Assembly (NCBI GenBank): GCA_043824255.1
Contig: JBDRTG010000043.1
Location: 47,644-111,643 of the forward strand
Origin: a bacterium
Lineage (GTDB): Bacteria; JAHJDO01
Direction of reading: 5' to 3'
Length of the DNA: 64,000 nucleotides
A program made the translations under genes and the position numbers. This document shows, piece after piece, positions 9,501 through 18,933 of the stretch. The notes beneath the pieces were generated by a model. That model ran no database searches. It was not told where the DNA came from and saw only the letters and a list, made by a program, of their open reading frames with translations. Positions within the stretch are counted from its first letter, which is position 1. Each line of letters starts with the position of its first letter.

Positions 9501-12224
9501 TACTTGTGGGATTTTGGTGACTGTACGTATTCTAACCAGGCAGTACCACCTCCCCATGTGTATACTTTAAACAATAATTACCTGGTAAGACTCACAGTAA
9601 CTGATAATGATGGAAATGAGGTTACTGTCCGAAAAACAGTTTCATTTCAAAGTGGCTCAGGAAGGCTTTATGGCGACGGAAATGAATACAAGGATATTGC
9701 CGTTATTCAGGATTTGTTAATAGGCGGTTATTACACCTACTCAGTAGATCCTGATAAATTTGGAGAAGAATGTGGAAGAACTGGTGTTCCTATATATTTC
9801 AGAGGACCGGATGGCAATAGTGATGGGAACGGTGTAGCTAATGCGCATGGTGATCTGACAGACGGGAATTTTGGATATGCCGAAGATGAGGGAGTCATGT
9901 GGTCTGGTAGCATTGGCCCGGAAATCACATTTGACCTTCAGGGGAAATATGCGCTGAATAATATTGAGATCTGGCAGGATCCAGTATACGATTTTGAATC
10001 TGTTACCTGCTATTTGAGCCAGGATGGTATTGCCTGGGATGAAATTGGCGCTTTCGATTCTGATGGATTAAATAAAGTACGTCTTGACCTTAGGAACCAT
10101 TCAGCCAGAAAGATAAAATTATCTTTCGAGAATTCTGCCGGTTCATCAAATGCCTATTTAGCTGAAGTCCAGATATGGGGGACACCCTTTGAAGAAAGCT
10201 TGATGGATTGGGTGGATGATTTCGAATACAGTACTTCTCCTGAAGAACATGGCTGGCAGATTAACTGTGGCAGCGGAACTTTGAGTACTGAATATGATGA
10301 TTTTCTGAATAGTAATGTAATGAGAGTTGACTCTTCTCAGGGCTGGAATTTTGGCATAATCAGAAGGCCAACTGATGATCCTGAAAAAAATTATGCAGAC
10401 CTTGAGAAAAGATATCTCTCATATACTGTTAAATCAGAGGGAACCGTGTGGGTGTATGTATTGGTTCATGGAGATGATAATCAATGGTATTATTTGGTAT
10501 ATAGGCCTTCAGAGGGTGATGATTATGTAGGGGGAATGTATGTGTATTACAGTCTTCCAATAGTTTATGAGGGCAATCAAAATTGGAATACTATAAGTAG
10601 GGATTTGGACAAAGATCTTTTCACTGCAACAGGAAAGCACCTTAAAGATGTAGGATTTGTGCTTATCCGGGGTGGAAATTACTGTCTGGATGAGTTGACA
10701 TTCAGTTCTTCAGCTCCGCCGACCTTGGGCTGGGGACTTTTAAAAGATAGTGTTTTAAGTTCTGATGGGTCCATGCTTAAGGTTATGGATTATGAGTTGG
10801 AACGGGAAGTAATAAAAGTTCATTCAGATGACTGGAGTTTATTTGCAATAAGGAGCGATAAAGAAACCGGTATAAATAAGAAATGGGCTCATTTTAATTT
10901 TAAAACAACTTCGGGTATAGAATTTAGAATTTTGGTAAAAGGTTCTGATAACAGATGGTATTATCTTAGTTATCCTCCACTCACAGGAAGCTATCAAGTT
11001 GAAGAAATTGTTAACGAGACTGGCAGCTGTAGGACTGTATATCACTATCTTGGAGAGGATCTAAAAAATGGGAAATGGGTTGATGTGTATAGGGATCTTG
11101 ACAGAGACTTATATGTTGCCTGGGGTGTCCATCTTGAAGAGGTATCCAACGTCCTTATTAGAGGCGGCAGTATCTACCTGAATCTGGCAGAATTCAGTGA
11201 AGAGCCGTTTAATGAAATACAAATACCCTTGAATTATGGATGGAGTATTTCCCAAGGTGAAGGGACAGTGGAGTCTGTTTACGATTCTGATATTCAAAGC
11301 CAGGTAATGAGAGTTAACTCTGCTGATGGCTGGAACTTCCAGATTATGGGACCACAAATAAATGCAGGTTATCCTAATATAGATGCAAGGTATTTATCAT
11401 TTATGATAAAAATGCCGGAAAGAGCATCAGGAGAGACAACATGGATATATGCGTATGTATATGGAGAAGACAATCTGCCATATTGCCTGATTTACCGCCC
11501 GGAAGATGGCGAATGCCATGTAGGTGGTGATGGTAAGACAATCTACCATAACATTGGGAGCGACTTAGAAAATAACAAGTGGCACTACGTTATGCGAAAT
11601 CTGGATAGAGACCTTCAGGAAGGCGTGGGGGTGAATGTAAAAGAGGTTCGGTGTTTTGTTATGAGGGGAGGAGGGTATTCCCTGGATAATCTAATTCTTT
11701 ATAAAGATGCTCCTCCGGAAATTTCTATTCCTTTATCAGCCGGTGATTGGCGGAGTCCTAATCAGTTTCCCTGGACTGGAGATGGTGAATTTACAAACCA
11801 TTACGATACTGAGCTAGGCAGGCAGGTATTACAGATAAATTCTGCTGGTGGGGAGAATTGGTGGCAGAATTGGTACTGTTTGTCACTATATCCAAAAGTA
11901 GGCTATTTAGACGTTACGAAAAACAATGTTAAACTTAATTTAAAAAGTGAATTGGCAGTTGGATTAAGGTTCTATATCCGTGGAGTAGATGCAACACTCT
12001 ACCAGATAATATATATTACTGGAGATGGAGTAGATTCAATAAATGGGACTACAGCTTATACATATCTCGGCTCAGAGTTCAAAGATGGGAATTGGCATGA
12101 GATATCGCTCAATCTGGAAAATGACCTTTATGAAAAATTTGGACAGCATTTGAGAGAGACTATTCTCATTGGTATTCACGGTGCGAATGTAGAAATAGGT
12201 AATTACAAATTTTTTAATTATTAA
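6549..12224 (+). CDS. Large secreted multidomain protein: unknown N-terminal (possibly GH-like) domain, 4 PKD domains, discoidin/F5-8-like domain, 4 tandem ~165-aa beta-rich repeats
   Basis: Signal peptide; RBS ggaggt; PKD motifs 'G.APL.V.F...WDF..DG' four times (~8610-9640); 'LTDG...ITFDL...AEVQIWG' (~9860-10190); C-terminal repeats 10203-12221. Confidence 0.8.
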   Translation: MRRGMYMRVVILFCLGLLLLSGFGLSQLQAEDNAIMCFETGWSDFGNSRALERFKEAKCHFNYPNIIHWGWVSGQDIDYTQKVEPELLLKDNFRLNYLYQNHIQIIARLMAVFANPFSFQISPSMRTANLTFDQWRELWLENYAKPLVQSCYENGIYIIDLTQEVCWYDHSWLGPKGPFRDDDTWHPFTTLNSAIYDPNLTVGEFKPKFHDTMQRLYTWKNANFPKVIFGSSMSVFTTVGDAAKLTTYLNDCIDWMGTDVAGHINYQPDPAYPCGTWEDHYLHTFVPVIEDPTSVSWATAIFESYGWKNGSEDYYGPPGTPYADKKCYSYGSFQDAMDTVVAYDGGNNYLKLLINSSWVAKFSECYTHNNPCTPLSYANDLGALPPWDPAQLPFPYNYTLAPIYNRWGDTAPHPSDDPIYSSFAYIRDVMHADSNTYWDNSPSTPLVVNREDIRVIPDEGKIYIRMRNLCAPDAISSNIHVYQTPQGVTPWDRSTYIKATPENVRNSLQQAYEIAFIPAGSFSVPGNGNLDTENNVVELEVSSSVPLENGKDIHVYIEDSDTVKGWTAYNDIPVCNNFDIDGNGYYKFDFYPAGISIGNIYLRARARDIFGACSKYTDALEVEKQYKLNLTCNASDNDGINEIEYQYSDDGITWYDVSRQNYYCLTANDKEFKRNSRFAPDTTDMGHYPVIESVSGTPLKGVVPLSVNFNVVASDPVGTITSIEWDFNRDGTIDATGESVSWTFTQVGVYNSLVKVTNNETFSSFGEIEVEALDGSPIAEISADPESGSAPLTVQFQGSGIDYDGTIVSYEWDFTSDGVIDSTQQNPTFIYTQIGNYTARLTVTDNSSLIGSATVSIKAVDPGAVASCTIIASITEGDAPLSVDFSADISGGTVSSYAWDFDNNGVIDSTEAAPSYEYTSSRLYTAKLTVTDTTSHEVTDYEYIVVKAVGLPVADFTFSPDGGVAPLEVSFQPTASDPGGTIVNYLWDFGDCTYSNQAVPPPHVYTLNNNYLVRLTVTDNDGNEVTVRKTVSFQSGSGRLYGDGNEYKDIAVIQDLLIGGYYTYSVDPDKFGEECGRTGVPIYFRGPDGNSDGNGVANAHGDLTDGNFGYAEDEGVMWSGSIGPEITFDLQGKYALNNIEIWQDPVYDFESVTCYLSQDGIAWDEIGAFDSDGLNKVRLDLRNHSARKIKLSFENSAGSSNAYLAEVQIWGTPFEESLMDWVDDFEYSTSPEEHGWQINCGSGTLSTEYDDFLNSNVMRVDSSQGWNFGIIRRPTDDPEKNYADLEKRYLSYTVKSEGTVWVYVLVHGDDNQWYYLVYRPSEGDDYVGGMYVYYSLPIVYEGNQNWNTISRDLDKDLFTATGKHLKDVGFVLIRGGNYCLDELTFSSSAPPTLGWGLLKDSVLSSDGSMLKVMDYELEREVIKVHSDDWSLFAIRSDKETGINKKWAHFNFKTTSGIEFRILVKGSDNRWYYLSYPPLTGSYQVEEIVNETGSCRTVYHYLGEDLKNGKWVDVYRDLDRDLYVAWGVHLEEVSNVLIRGGSIYLNLAEFSEEPFNEIQIPLNYGWSISQGEGTVESVYDSDIQSQVMRVNSADGWNFQIMGPQINAGYPNIDARYLSFMIKMPERASGETTWIYAYVYGEDNLPYCLIYRPEDGECHVGGDGKTIYHNIGSDLENNKWHYVMRNLDRDLQEGVGVNVKEVRCFVMRGGGYSLDNLILYKDAPPEISIPLSAGDWRSPNQFPWTGDGEFTNHYDTELGRQVLQINSAGGENWWQNWYCLSLYPKVGYLDVTKNNVKLNLKSELAVGLRFYIRGVDATLYQIIYITGDGVDSINGTTAYTYLGSEFKDGNWHEISLNLENDLYEKFGQHLRETILIGIHGANVEIGNYKFFNY

Positions 12225-12239
12225 AAATGGAGGTGTAAG

Positions 12240-12857
12240 ATGAGAAAAGGTATGTTTGTTGGGTTAGTTATTTTGGCTGTTTGTAGTTATTTAAGTTCAG
12301 CTCAGGCAGAGAATCTTATCATAAATGGGAGTTTTGAGGAGATATCAGAGAAGACCGGTTTGCCGGTGGACTGGGGATTTAGCCCCCCAACAAGTACTTA
12401 TGGTAAGGTAGACGATACGACATCGGTGGATGGTAAGTATTCGGTCAAGGTTACTGTTCCTCCAGATGCGCTGGGAGTATATATTTTTCATCAACGTAAT
12501 CCTAAGATTTCCATTCCTGCCGGCACCCGTATAAAATTATCCGGCTGGAGTAAGGTGGACAATTACATAAAGGGCAAATGGCAGAAAGATAAATTTCCAC
12601 GTCATGCAATTGCGCTAGCTATCCAACTTGCCGATGGTTCCAGAAAGTATCCAGAGGTCTCCTTTTCCTCTTCTGAGGAATGGGAATATAAAGAGCAGTT
12701 TTACACGTTTGATAAGGAAGTTACTGCTATCAGTTATGTCTATCTATGCCATTACTACAGTTCAGGCACAGTCTGGTACGATGATATCTATTTTGGGCCT
12801 GTAGAGGAAGTAGATGTAAAGCTTCCAAAAACCGATTCCGCCACTTTACTTGGATGA
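12240..12857 (+). pseudogene. Truncated duplicate of the N-terminus (signal peptide + CBM4/9-like module) of the 13895-17455 gene
   Basis: Near-identical DNA to ~13895-14470; stops at 'PKTDSATLLG*' where the paralog continues 'PKTNLAPILDG'. May still make a stand-alone CBM. Confidence 0.75.
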
Positions 12858-12859
12858 AT

Positions 12860-12934
12860 CACTATCTCTACTGTGCATTAGATAACCGCCATAATGGAGG
12901 AAGTAATCTTCTCTTCTGTGATGGACATGTCAAG
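12860..12934 (+). pseudogene. Fragment of a prepilin-type (H-X9-DG) C-terminal motif
   Basis: Translates [25 protein letters not shown], paralogous to [25 protein letters not shown] at ~13722-13795; no start codon. Confidence 0.8.
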
Positions 12935-12938
12935 GTGA

Positions 12939-13045
12939 GAGTATGATACTGACAAGTTATACAGAAACTCAAAAAAACTTAAGATTACAGTTCCTCCCAA
13001 TGATGTTAGAGTTTACTTTTTACTCCAAGAAAGCGTTGATGCCGC
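12939..13045 (+). pseudogene. Fragment paralogous to the 3' end of the 13895-17455 gene
   Basis: gagtatgatactgacaagttatacagaaactcaaaaaaacttaagattacagttcctcccaatgatgttagagtttac matches 17348-17425; a 1-nt deletion follows. Confidence 0.85.
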
Positions 13046-13086
13046 CGCTTCTAATTAATAATCCAAAAAATTGGCGCAGTGAGGTA

Positions 13087-13114
13087 TTGACAAAAATCAG
13101 GTTTAGATTATAAA
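13087..13114 (+). promoter_or_regulatory. Putative sigma70 promoter of the prepilin gene
   Basis: TTGACA-16 nt-TATAAA, about 75 nt upstream of ATG 13188. Confidence 0.45.
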
Positions 13115-13187
13115 CTTGTAACAGTTTAGTTACAAAAAGTAATGAGAGAAATTGATGATGTGAAAAGTAGAAGGGGAAAGAAAAAAA

Positions 13188-13865
13188 ATGTTAAATAAAA
13201 TAAGAAAAATTTGGGGAAGCAGAAGCTCATTCACGTTAATAGAGTTACTTGTTGTAATAGCCATTATAGCCCTGCTTGCATCAATGCTTTTGCCAGCACT
13301 TGTAAAAGCAAGGGAAATGGGGAGGAGGATAAAATGCGTGAGCAATCTGAGGCAGGTTGGATTGGCTTTTAGAATGTATGCCGATGATTACGATGGGTGG
13401 CTCCCTAAAGTAAACTTTGGGGACTCCGTAATATGGTTTCATAAAGTTTTACCCTATGCTGATAATAACTATAAAGTCTTTAACTGTCCTTCACAGAAGA
13501 AAGGACAGATCACTGACCCCACTGCCTATAATAACCTTATGCCTTACGGGATGAATTACTATCTCCAATGGGAAGATGCTGACTATTTGAACCCAAGATG
13601 GCAAAAATTGGATAGTATAGCCAAGCCATCACAAATATTATTAGTGGCTGATTCAAGATATTATGACGATGGTGGATATTTGTTTGTATACCATCGAAAA
13701 GGTTACACTCCAGCGTCATCATATTATTATCTCTGCTCTCTAGATACCAGACACAGTGGAGGAAGTAATCTTCTCTTCTGTGACGGTCATGTCAAATGGA
13801 TGGATAGAACTGAAGCCGATAATACCTGGGATGAGGCAGACGAAATCTGGAGACCATGGAGATAG
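13188..13865 (+). CDS. Prepilin-type N-terminal cleavage/methylation domain protein (DUF1559/H-X9-DG type)
   Basis: '[45 protein letters not shown]' and C-terminal '[17 protein letters not shown]'. Confidence 0.92.
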   Translation: MLNKIRKIWGSRSSFTLIELLVVIAIIALLASMLLPALVKAREMGRRIKCVSNLRQVGLAFRMYADDYDGWLPKVNFGDSVIWFHKVLPYADNNYKVFNCPSQKKGQITDPTAYNNLMPYGMNYYLQWEDADYLNPRWQKLDSIAKPSQILLVADSRYYDDGGYLFVYHRKGYTPASSYYYLCSLDTRHSGGSNLLFCDGHVKWMDRTEADNTWDEADEIWRPWR

Positions 13866-13894
13866 AGAAATATAAAATAAAATGGAGGTGTGAG

Positions 13895-16800
13895 ATGAGA
13901 AAGAAGATGTTTGTTGGGTTGGTTGTTTTTTTGGCTGTTTGTAGTTATTTAAGTTCAGTTCAGGCAGAGAATCTTATCATAAACAGCAGTTTCGAGGAGA
14001 TATCAGAAAAGACCGGTTTGCCAGTTGGGTGGAATTTTTCTCCTCCAAAAAGTGATGCTGGACAGGTGGATAACACTACATCGGTGGATGGTAAGTATTC
14101 GGTCAAGATTACTGTTCCTCCAGATGCGCTGGGAGTATATCTGTTTCATCAACGTAATCCTAAGATTTCCATTCCTGCCGGCACCCGTATAAAATTATCC
14201 GGCTGGAGTAAGGTGGACAATTACATAAAGGGCAAATGGCAGGAAGATAAATTTCCACGTCATGCAATTGCGCTAGCTATCCAACTTGCCGATGGTTCCA
14301 GAAAGTATCCCGAAGTCTCCTTTTCCTCTTCTGAGGAATGGGAATATAAAGAGCAGTTTTACACGTTTGATAAGGAAGTTACTGCTATCAGTTATATCTA
14401 CCTGTGCGACTACTATAGCTCAGGCACAGTCTGGTACGATGATATCTATTTTGGTCCCGTAGAAGAAGCAGAAGAGGACAAACACCCTTTAGTAAGGATA
14501 CCTAAAACTAATTTAGCTCCAATTCTTGATGGAAATCTTGATGATACCTGTTGGCAGGAAGCAGCAGTCCTCTCTGGCTTTACTCTTTTAGGGGAAAAAA
14601 GTTTTCCCTCTAATAAAACCTTGACCTATCTGACCTATGATGACAAGAATCTCTATATTGCCACTCGTTGTTATGAGAAGATACTTGATCCTGTGCAGCA
14701 GCAGCTATACAAGTTTAAAGCCAATGTAAAAGAGAGAGATGGCTCAGTCTTTAGCGATGACTGTGTGGAACTGTTTATCTCATCAAGCGAAAGGCAAGGA
14801 TATTCCCATCTTGCCTTTAATTCCCTGGCAACACAATATGATGGTTTTAAATTTGATAAAACATGGAATGGGCAGTGGAAGGTGGCAACTTCTGTTGGGG
14901 GAGATTCATGGAAAGCAGAGGTTTCTATTCCTTTTTCAGAAATAGGTATCAAACCAGAAGATGGCAGTAAATTTAGATTAAATGTATGTCGTGAGGAAAA
15001 ACCATTTTCTGAGAATAGCAGCTGGTCACCAATAAAAGCAGGATTTCATGAGCCGGATAGTTTTGGGATGGGGGTGCTGTATTCAAAAAGTCTTCAAATT
15101 GTTCCCCAAGACTTCCCAAAAGCAACTATAGGTCTTGGCAAACAATCTATTACCTTTAAGGTCAATAATCCGCACTTATCCTTAAATCTTAAGCTAAATG
15201 CCAATATTTACAAAAAAGAAAAAGTCATCCTCTTTTCCCAATCATATGACATTCCTGCCCAGACTACTTATCCCATTGAGTTTCCCGTTGTGCTAAAGGA
15301 ACCAGGCACATATCAAATCTCTTTCTCGCTTTTCGATAAGGCAAAAGGAGTTCTGCTCTATCGAAGTCCTGAATATTCTGTTTCCAGTGATATGCTTTTA
15401 AAAGCTTCTTCCCAAATCTCATTTCCTGGTGAAGTTGAATTCTGGGTAAATGAAAATCGTATTTTAGAAAAAGAATTCTATCTAAAGAAGGGTATTAACG
15501 TCCTCTGTTATAAGGCTAAGAAGAAAGATTTATCCGATAAGGGTATTAAAGGACTGACAAAGGTTCAGGAGAGTTCCTTTTCTCCAGGGGAAGAAATAAA
15601 ACTTGATAATTGTTGGAAGGTTTCAGCAATAACAGAACCTGATTGGCAGAAGGATGATTTTGATGATCGGAAATGGGACTATGCTGTCATCCAGGAAGAT
15701 GGTTCAATATGGGCTTCAGATACGTCTAAGAGTGAAATATTTTTAAGGCGGATAATTCTAGCAAAAGAGAGCAATTTCTGGCCAATAAATATAGAAAATG
15801 GATTATATATTGCCAAGGGAACAGCACAGCATCTTCCTCTAGTAGTTACCAGCCCGATGAAATATAAAATGAAAGATTTAAGTTTCAGCATTCAAACGCC
15901 CGTAGAGATTGAACTAATTCCTGGGAATAAAGCAGAAATTAAAGGAGGAAAATATTACGAGTATTTCAAACGTGTTGGGCTTGAAGATATTGAGAAGAAA
16001 GAGATTACTAAAAATAAAAAGAACTATAATCTTTATACCTTTCGCTTCAAAGATACCCCCCCATTTACTGGCACAGGTTACGAAGTAAGGAAACATTTAT
16101 TTGGTTTAATTTTAAACTTGTCCGATAAAGTTTCTTCAGATAATTCTAATATCTATTTTCGTTTTCAAGGGCAGGAAGATAATAAAAACATTACTGAGGT
16201 CTGGAATAAAATTCCTGTATATTATTTGCCTCCACTTTTGAATAAAAGGCCCAAAGAATTAGAGATTCAACTCTGGTATGCATTCGTTACAAGCTTCCAT
16301 AAGACTGGAATTCAGGAATTGTTCAAAACCTGGCATCAGGCAGGATTTAATACTTACTGCGACAGGGAACGCCATTATGCAAATAATGATTGGTTTGATG
16401 TCCTTTCGGAAAATAGATTGTTTAAAATAGTTTCGGAATATCAATTCAAAAATACACTTCCTCCTCTTGCTAGAAAATGTCCAGAAATGAGATCAATAAA
16501 TTTTGAAGGTAAAACGTGTAGTGCTCTTCCCATTTCTCCAGCTTTTCTGATAGAAGAAGGGAGGCAAGAGTTTAAAGACCTTGTCGCTAAATATGTGAAA
16601 GAAACTGGAGTTGAGGCCATTCAATGGGATTTAGAATTTGATCCCTTTGGAGGAGATGTTTCTTCCCACAGCCTTAAAAAATTCGTCAAGTTCGCTCATT
16701 TAAGCAGCGTACCGACAGAGAAGGAAATAAAGGAGAAATATCGTGATGAATGGATTGACTTCCAGTGCTGGATACTGGCAGAAGTGGTAAAAGTAGCCCG

Positions 16801-17455
16801 AGAAGGAGTAAAGGCAGCCAATCCGGAAGCCCAGATGCAGATTTATAGTGCCTATCAGAGTAAGAGAAATAAAGCGCATTACTCCATTGACTGGAATTAT
16901 ATGAGAGACGCAGTAGATGTAGCAATAGCTGGTTATGGAAGACACCCTATGGAAGAAACTTTAAATGCTTTATCCGGTATCCCGTTTATCGGTGGTGTCC
17001 TTTTTTACAATGGAAGTCCTCCTGAAGGATGGAAAAGTCTAAAAACGCGATTCCTACGCCGAATCACCGATGGCGCAGAAGGGGTGTTTCTTTGTGATTG
17101 GTCTACACTAGATGGACGCGCTTATGAGAAAATTTCTCAGGCCTGTGCTATTCTGGCTGATTTTGAAGAATTCTTCTTGAAGGATAAAAAAATTGACACT
17201 TTCCAGCTAAAAGGTGGTATCCACAGAGATGATGTAGTTGTGCTCTCAAAAGGTAAAGAAAGGTTACTGTTAGTTTTCAATGAAGGAAGTAAATCCAAAA
17301 CAGGAACCGTCGTAAATCAGGGCTTAGCTGAAGATATAGTCGCTGTGGAGTATGATAGTGACAAGCTATACAAAAACTCAAAAAATCTTAAGATTACAGT
17401 TCCTCCCAATGATGTTAGAGTTTACCTTTTTACTCCGAAAAAGGTTTCGATGTAG
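13895..17455 (+). CDS. Secreted multimodular glycan-active protein (CBM4/9-like + CBM9-like sugar-binding + C-terminal putative GH TIM barrel)
   Basis: RBS atggaggtgtgag then ATG 13895; 'NLIINSSFEE...VWYDDIYF'; 'PILDGNLDD..WQEA...YDDKNLYI...DDCVELFI'; C-terminal 'EWIDFQ...REGVKAANP' reminiscent of GH42/GHL10-like barrels. Confidence 0.7.
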   Translation: MRKKMFVGLVVFLAVCSYLSSVQAENLIINSSFEEISEKTGLPVGWNFSPPKSDAGQVDNTTSVDGKYSVKITVPPDALGVYLFHQRNPKISIPAGTRIKLSGWSKVDNYIKGKWQEDKFPRHAIALAIQLADGSRKYPEVSFSSSEEWEYKEQFYTFDKEVTAISYIYLCDYYSSGTVWYDDIYFGPVEEAEEDKHPLVRIPKTNLAPILDGNLDDTCWQEAAVLSGFTLLGEKSFPSNKTLTYLTYDDKNLYIATRCYEKILDPVQQQLYKFKANVKERDGSVFSDDCVELFISSSERQGYSHLAFNSLATQYDGFKFDKTWNGQWKVATSVGGDSWKAEVSIPFSEIGIKPEDGSKFRLNVCREEKPFSENSSWSPIKAGFHEPDSFGMGVLYSKSLQIVPQDFPKATIGLGKQSITFKVNNPHLSLNLKLNANIYKKEKVILFSQSYDIPAQTTYPIEFPVVLKEPGTYQISFSLFDKAKGVLLYRSPEYSVSSDMLLKASSQISFPGEVEFWVNENRILEKEFYLKKGINVLCYKAKKKDLSDKGIKGLTKVQESSFSPGEEIKLDNCWKVSAITEPDWQKDDFDDRKWDYAVIQEDGSIWASDTSKSEIFLRRIILAKESNFWPINIENGLYIAKGTAQHLPLVVTSPMKYKMKDLSFSIQTPVEIELIPGNKAEIKGGKYYEYFKRVGLEDIEKKEITKNKKNYNLYTFRFKDTPPFTGTGYEVRKHLFGLILNLSDKVSSDNSNIYFRFQGQEDNKNITEVWNKIPVYYLPPLLNKRPKELEIQLWYAFVTSFHKTGIQELFKTWHQAGFNTYCDRERHYANNDWFDVLSENRLFKIVSEYQFKNTLPPLARKCPEMRSINFEGKTCSALPISPAFLIEEGRQEFKDLVAKYVKETGVEAIQWDLEFDPFGGDVSSHSLKKFVKFAHLSSVPTEKEIKEKYRDEWIDFQCWILAEVVKVAREGVKAANPEAQMQIYSAYQSKRNKAHYSIDWNYMRDAVDVAIAGYGRHPMEETLNALSGIPFIGGVLFYNGSPPEGWKSLKTRFLRRITDGAEGVFLCDWSTLDGRAYEKISQACAILADFEEFFLKDKKIDTFQLKGGIHRDDVVVLSKGKERLLLVFNEGSKSKTGTVVNQGLAEDIVAVEYDSDKLYKNSKNLKITVPPNDVRVYLFTPKKVSM

Positions 17456-17513
17456 TTCGGAAGTTAGCCCTTTGGTAAGAATAGGACATTTCTACTTTGG
17501 TTTGACAGTAATG

Positions 17514-17542
17514 TTTACAACAATCTAATTTTATAATACTAT
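17514..17542 (+). promoter_or_regulatory. Sigma70-type promoter of the GH4-araBD operon
   Basis: TTTACA-17 nt-TACTAT; near-identical to 6436-6464. Confidence 0.6.
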
Positions 17543-17584
17543 AGAAGTAAACAATAACATAACTATACTATCGGAGGAAAAATC

Positions 17585-18907
17585 ATGGCAAGAATAGTTT
17601 TTATTGGAGCTGGAAGTTTCGGATTTACGCGTAGCTTGGTAAAGGATGTTTTAACATTCCCTCTTCTTAAGAATTCAACATTGGTTCTGATGGACATTAA
17701 TAAGGAACGTCTGGAATTTTCCAGAGCGTCTGTTCAGCGCATAGTAGATGCAGGAAAGTATCCGGCGAAGGTCGTAACAACCATGGACAGAAAGAAAGCC
17801 TTAAAAGGCGCAGATGCCGTGCTCTGTACAATTCTGGCTGGTGGTGTAGATGTATGGAGACATGACATTGAAATCCCTAAAAAATATGGAGTGAATATAA
17901 ATATAGGGGATACACGCGGTCCATCCGGTATTTTCAGAGCAGCCCGCACAATTCCGACTATGCTTGATATTTGTAAAGATATGGAGCGTCTCTGTCCTGA
18001 TGCAATCTTACTTAACTACACAAATCCCATGGCAATGCTATGCAGAGCCATGCAAGCCAATACATTTATCAAGGTTACAGGATTATGTCATAGCGTTCAG
18101 GGAACAGCCCGGATGCTGGCAAAGTGGATAAATGTCCCTATGGAAAAAATCACCTATCTTTGTGGGGGAATAAACCATCAGGCATGGTATCTTGAATTTA
18201 AAAAAGACGGAAAAGACGCATATCCTCTTATCCGTAAAGCAATAACAAGAGATAGAAAGATATATATGGAAGAAATTGTGCGCAATGAAATGTTCCTGCA
18301 TCTGGATTACTATGTTACAGAATCCAGCGGACATAATTCCGAATATAACTGGTGGTTTCGCAAAAGACCGGATCTTATCAAGAAGTACTGTACTCACGGT
18401 ACTGGCTGGAATCCGGGTAGGTACGCATATATAGTAAAGCATTATTTAAAAAGAGAAAAAAACTGGAAGAATGAGGTTAAAAAGTGGTGGAAGAGACATG
18501 TCAAGCTGGAGAGAGGACACGAATATGCTGCATCTATTATCAATGCCTACATGGGCGGCGAGCCGTTTCAGTTTAACGGCAATGTCCCGAATAATGGAAT
18601 TATTAGTAATCTGCCACCTGAGGCATGTGTGGAAGTACCCGTTTTTGCAGACAGAAGAGGTTTTAACACTGTGTATGTTGGCAAGCTGCCTCCACAGCTT
18701 GCTGCTTTGAATAATATAAGTATTGCTGTTGAAGAAATGGCTGTCGAGGCAATACTTACAGGAGACCCGAAACTGCTATTTCAGGCTATTGCATATGATC
18801 CGCTCACTGCCTCTGTTCTTTCCCTTGCAGAAATTAAAAAGATGGTAAGCGAGATGCTGCGTAAGAATAAAGAATACTTACCTCGATTTAAACATATTGG
18901 AATTTAA
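17585..18907 (+). CDS. melA: Family 4 glycoside hydrolase (alpha-galactosidase MelA-like, NAD+/Mn2+-dependent)
   Basis: '[11 protein letters not shown]' Rossmann start, '[15 protein letters not shown]', 'LNYTNPM', 'GLCHSVQG', 'GINHQAW', '[11 protein letters not shown]'. Confidence 0.88.
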   Translation: MARIVFIGAGSFGFTRSLVKDVLTFPLLKNSTLVLMDINKERLEFSRASVQRIVDAGKYPAKVVTTMDRKKALKGADAVLCTILAGGVDVWRHDIEIPKKYGVNINIGDTRGPSGIFRAARTIPTMLDICKDMERLCPDAILLNYTNPMAMLCRAMQANTFIKVTGLCHSVQGTARMLAKWINVPMEKITYLCGGINHQAWYLEFKKDGKDAYPLIRKAITRDRKIYMEEIVRNEMFLHLDYYVTESSGHNSEYNWWFRKRPDLIKKYCTHGTGWNPGRYAYIVKHYLKREKNWKNEVKKWWKRHVKLERGHEYAASIINAYMGGEPFQFNGNVPNNGIISNLPPEACVEVPVFADRRGFNTVYVGKLPPQLAALNNISIAVEEMAVEAILTGDPKLLFQAIAYDPLTASVLSLAEIKKMVSEMLRKNKEYLPRFKHIGI

Positions 18908-18933
18908 TGAGCTAATAATGCAGGAGAAGTAAT

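Noticed and set aside
8610-12221. Repeats within the PKD gene as a possible CRISPR or DNA-level tandem array
   Set aside because: The repetition is at protein level only; there are no identical DNA repeats with spacers and no cas genes.
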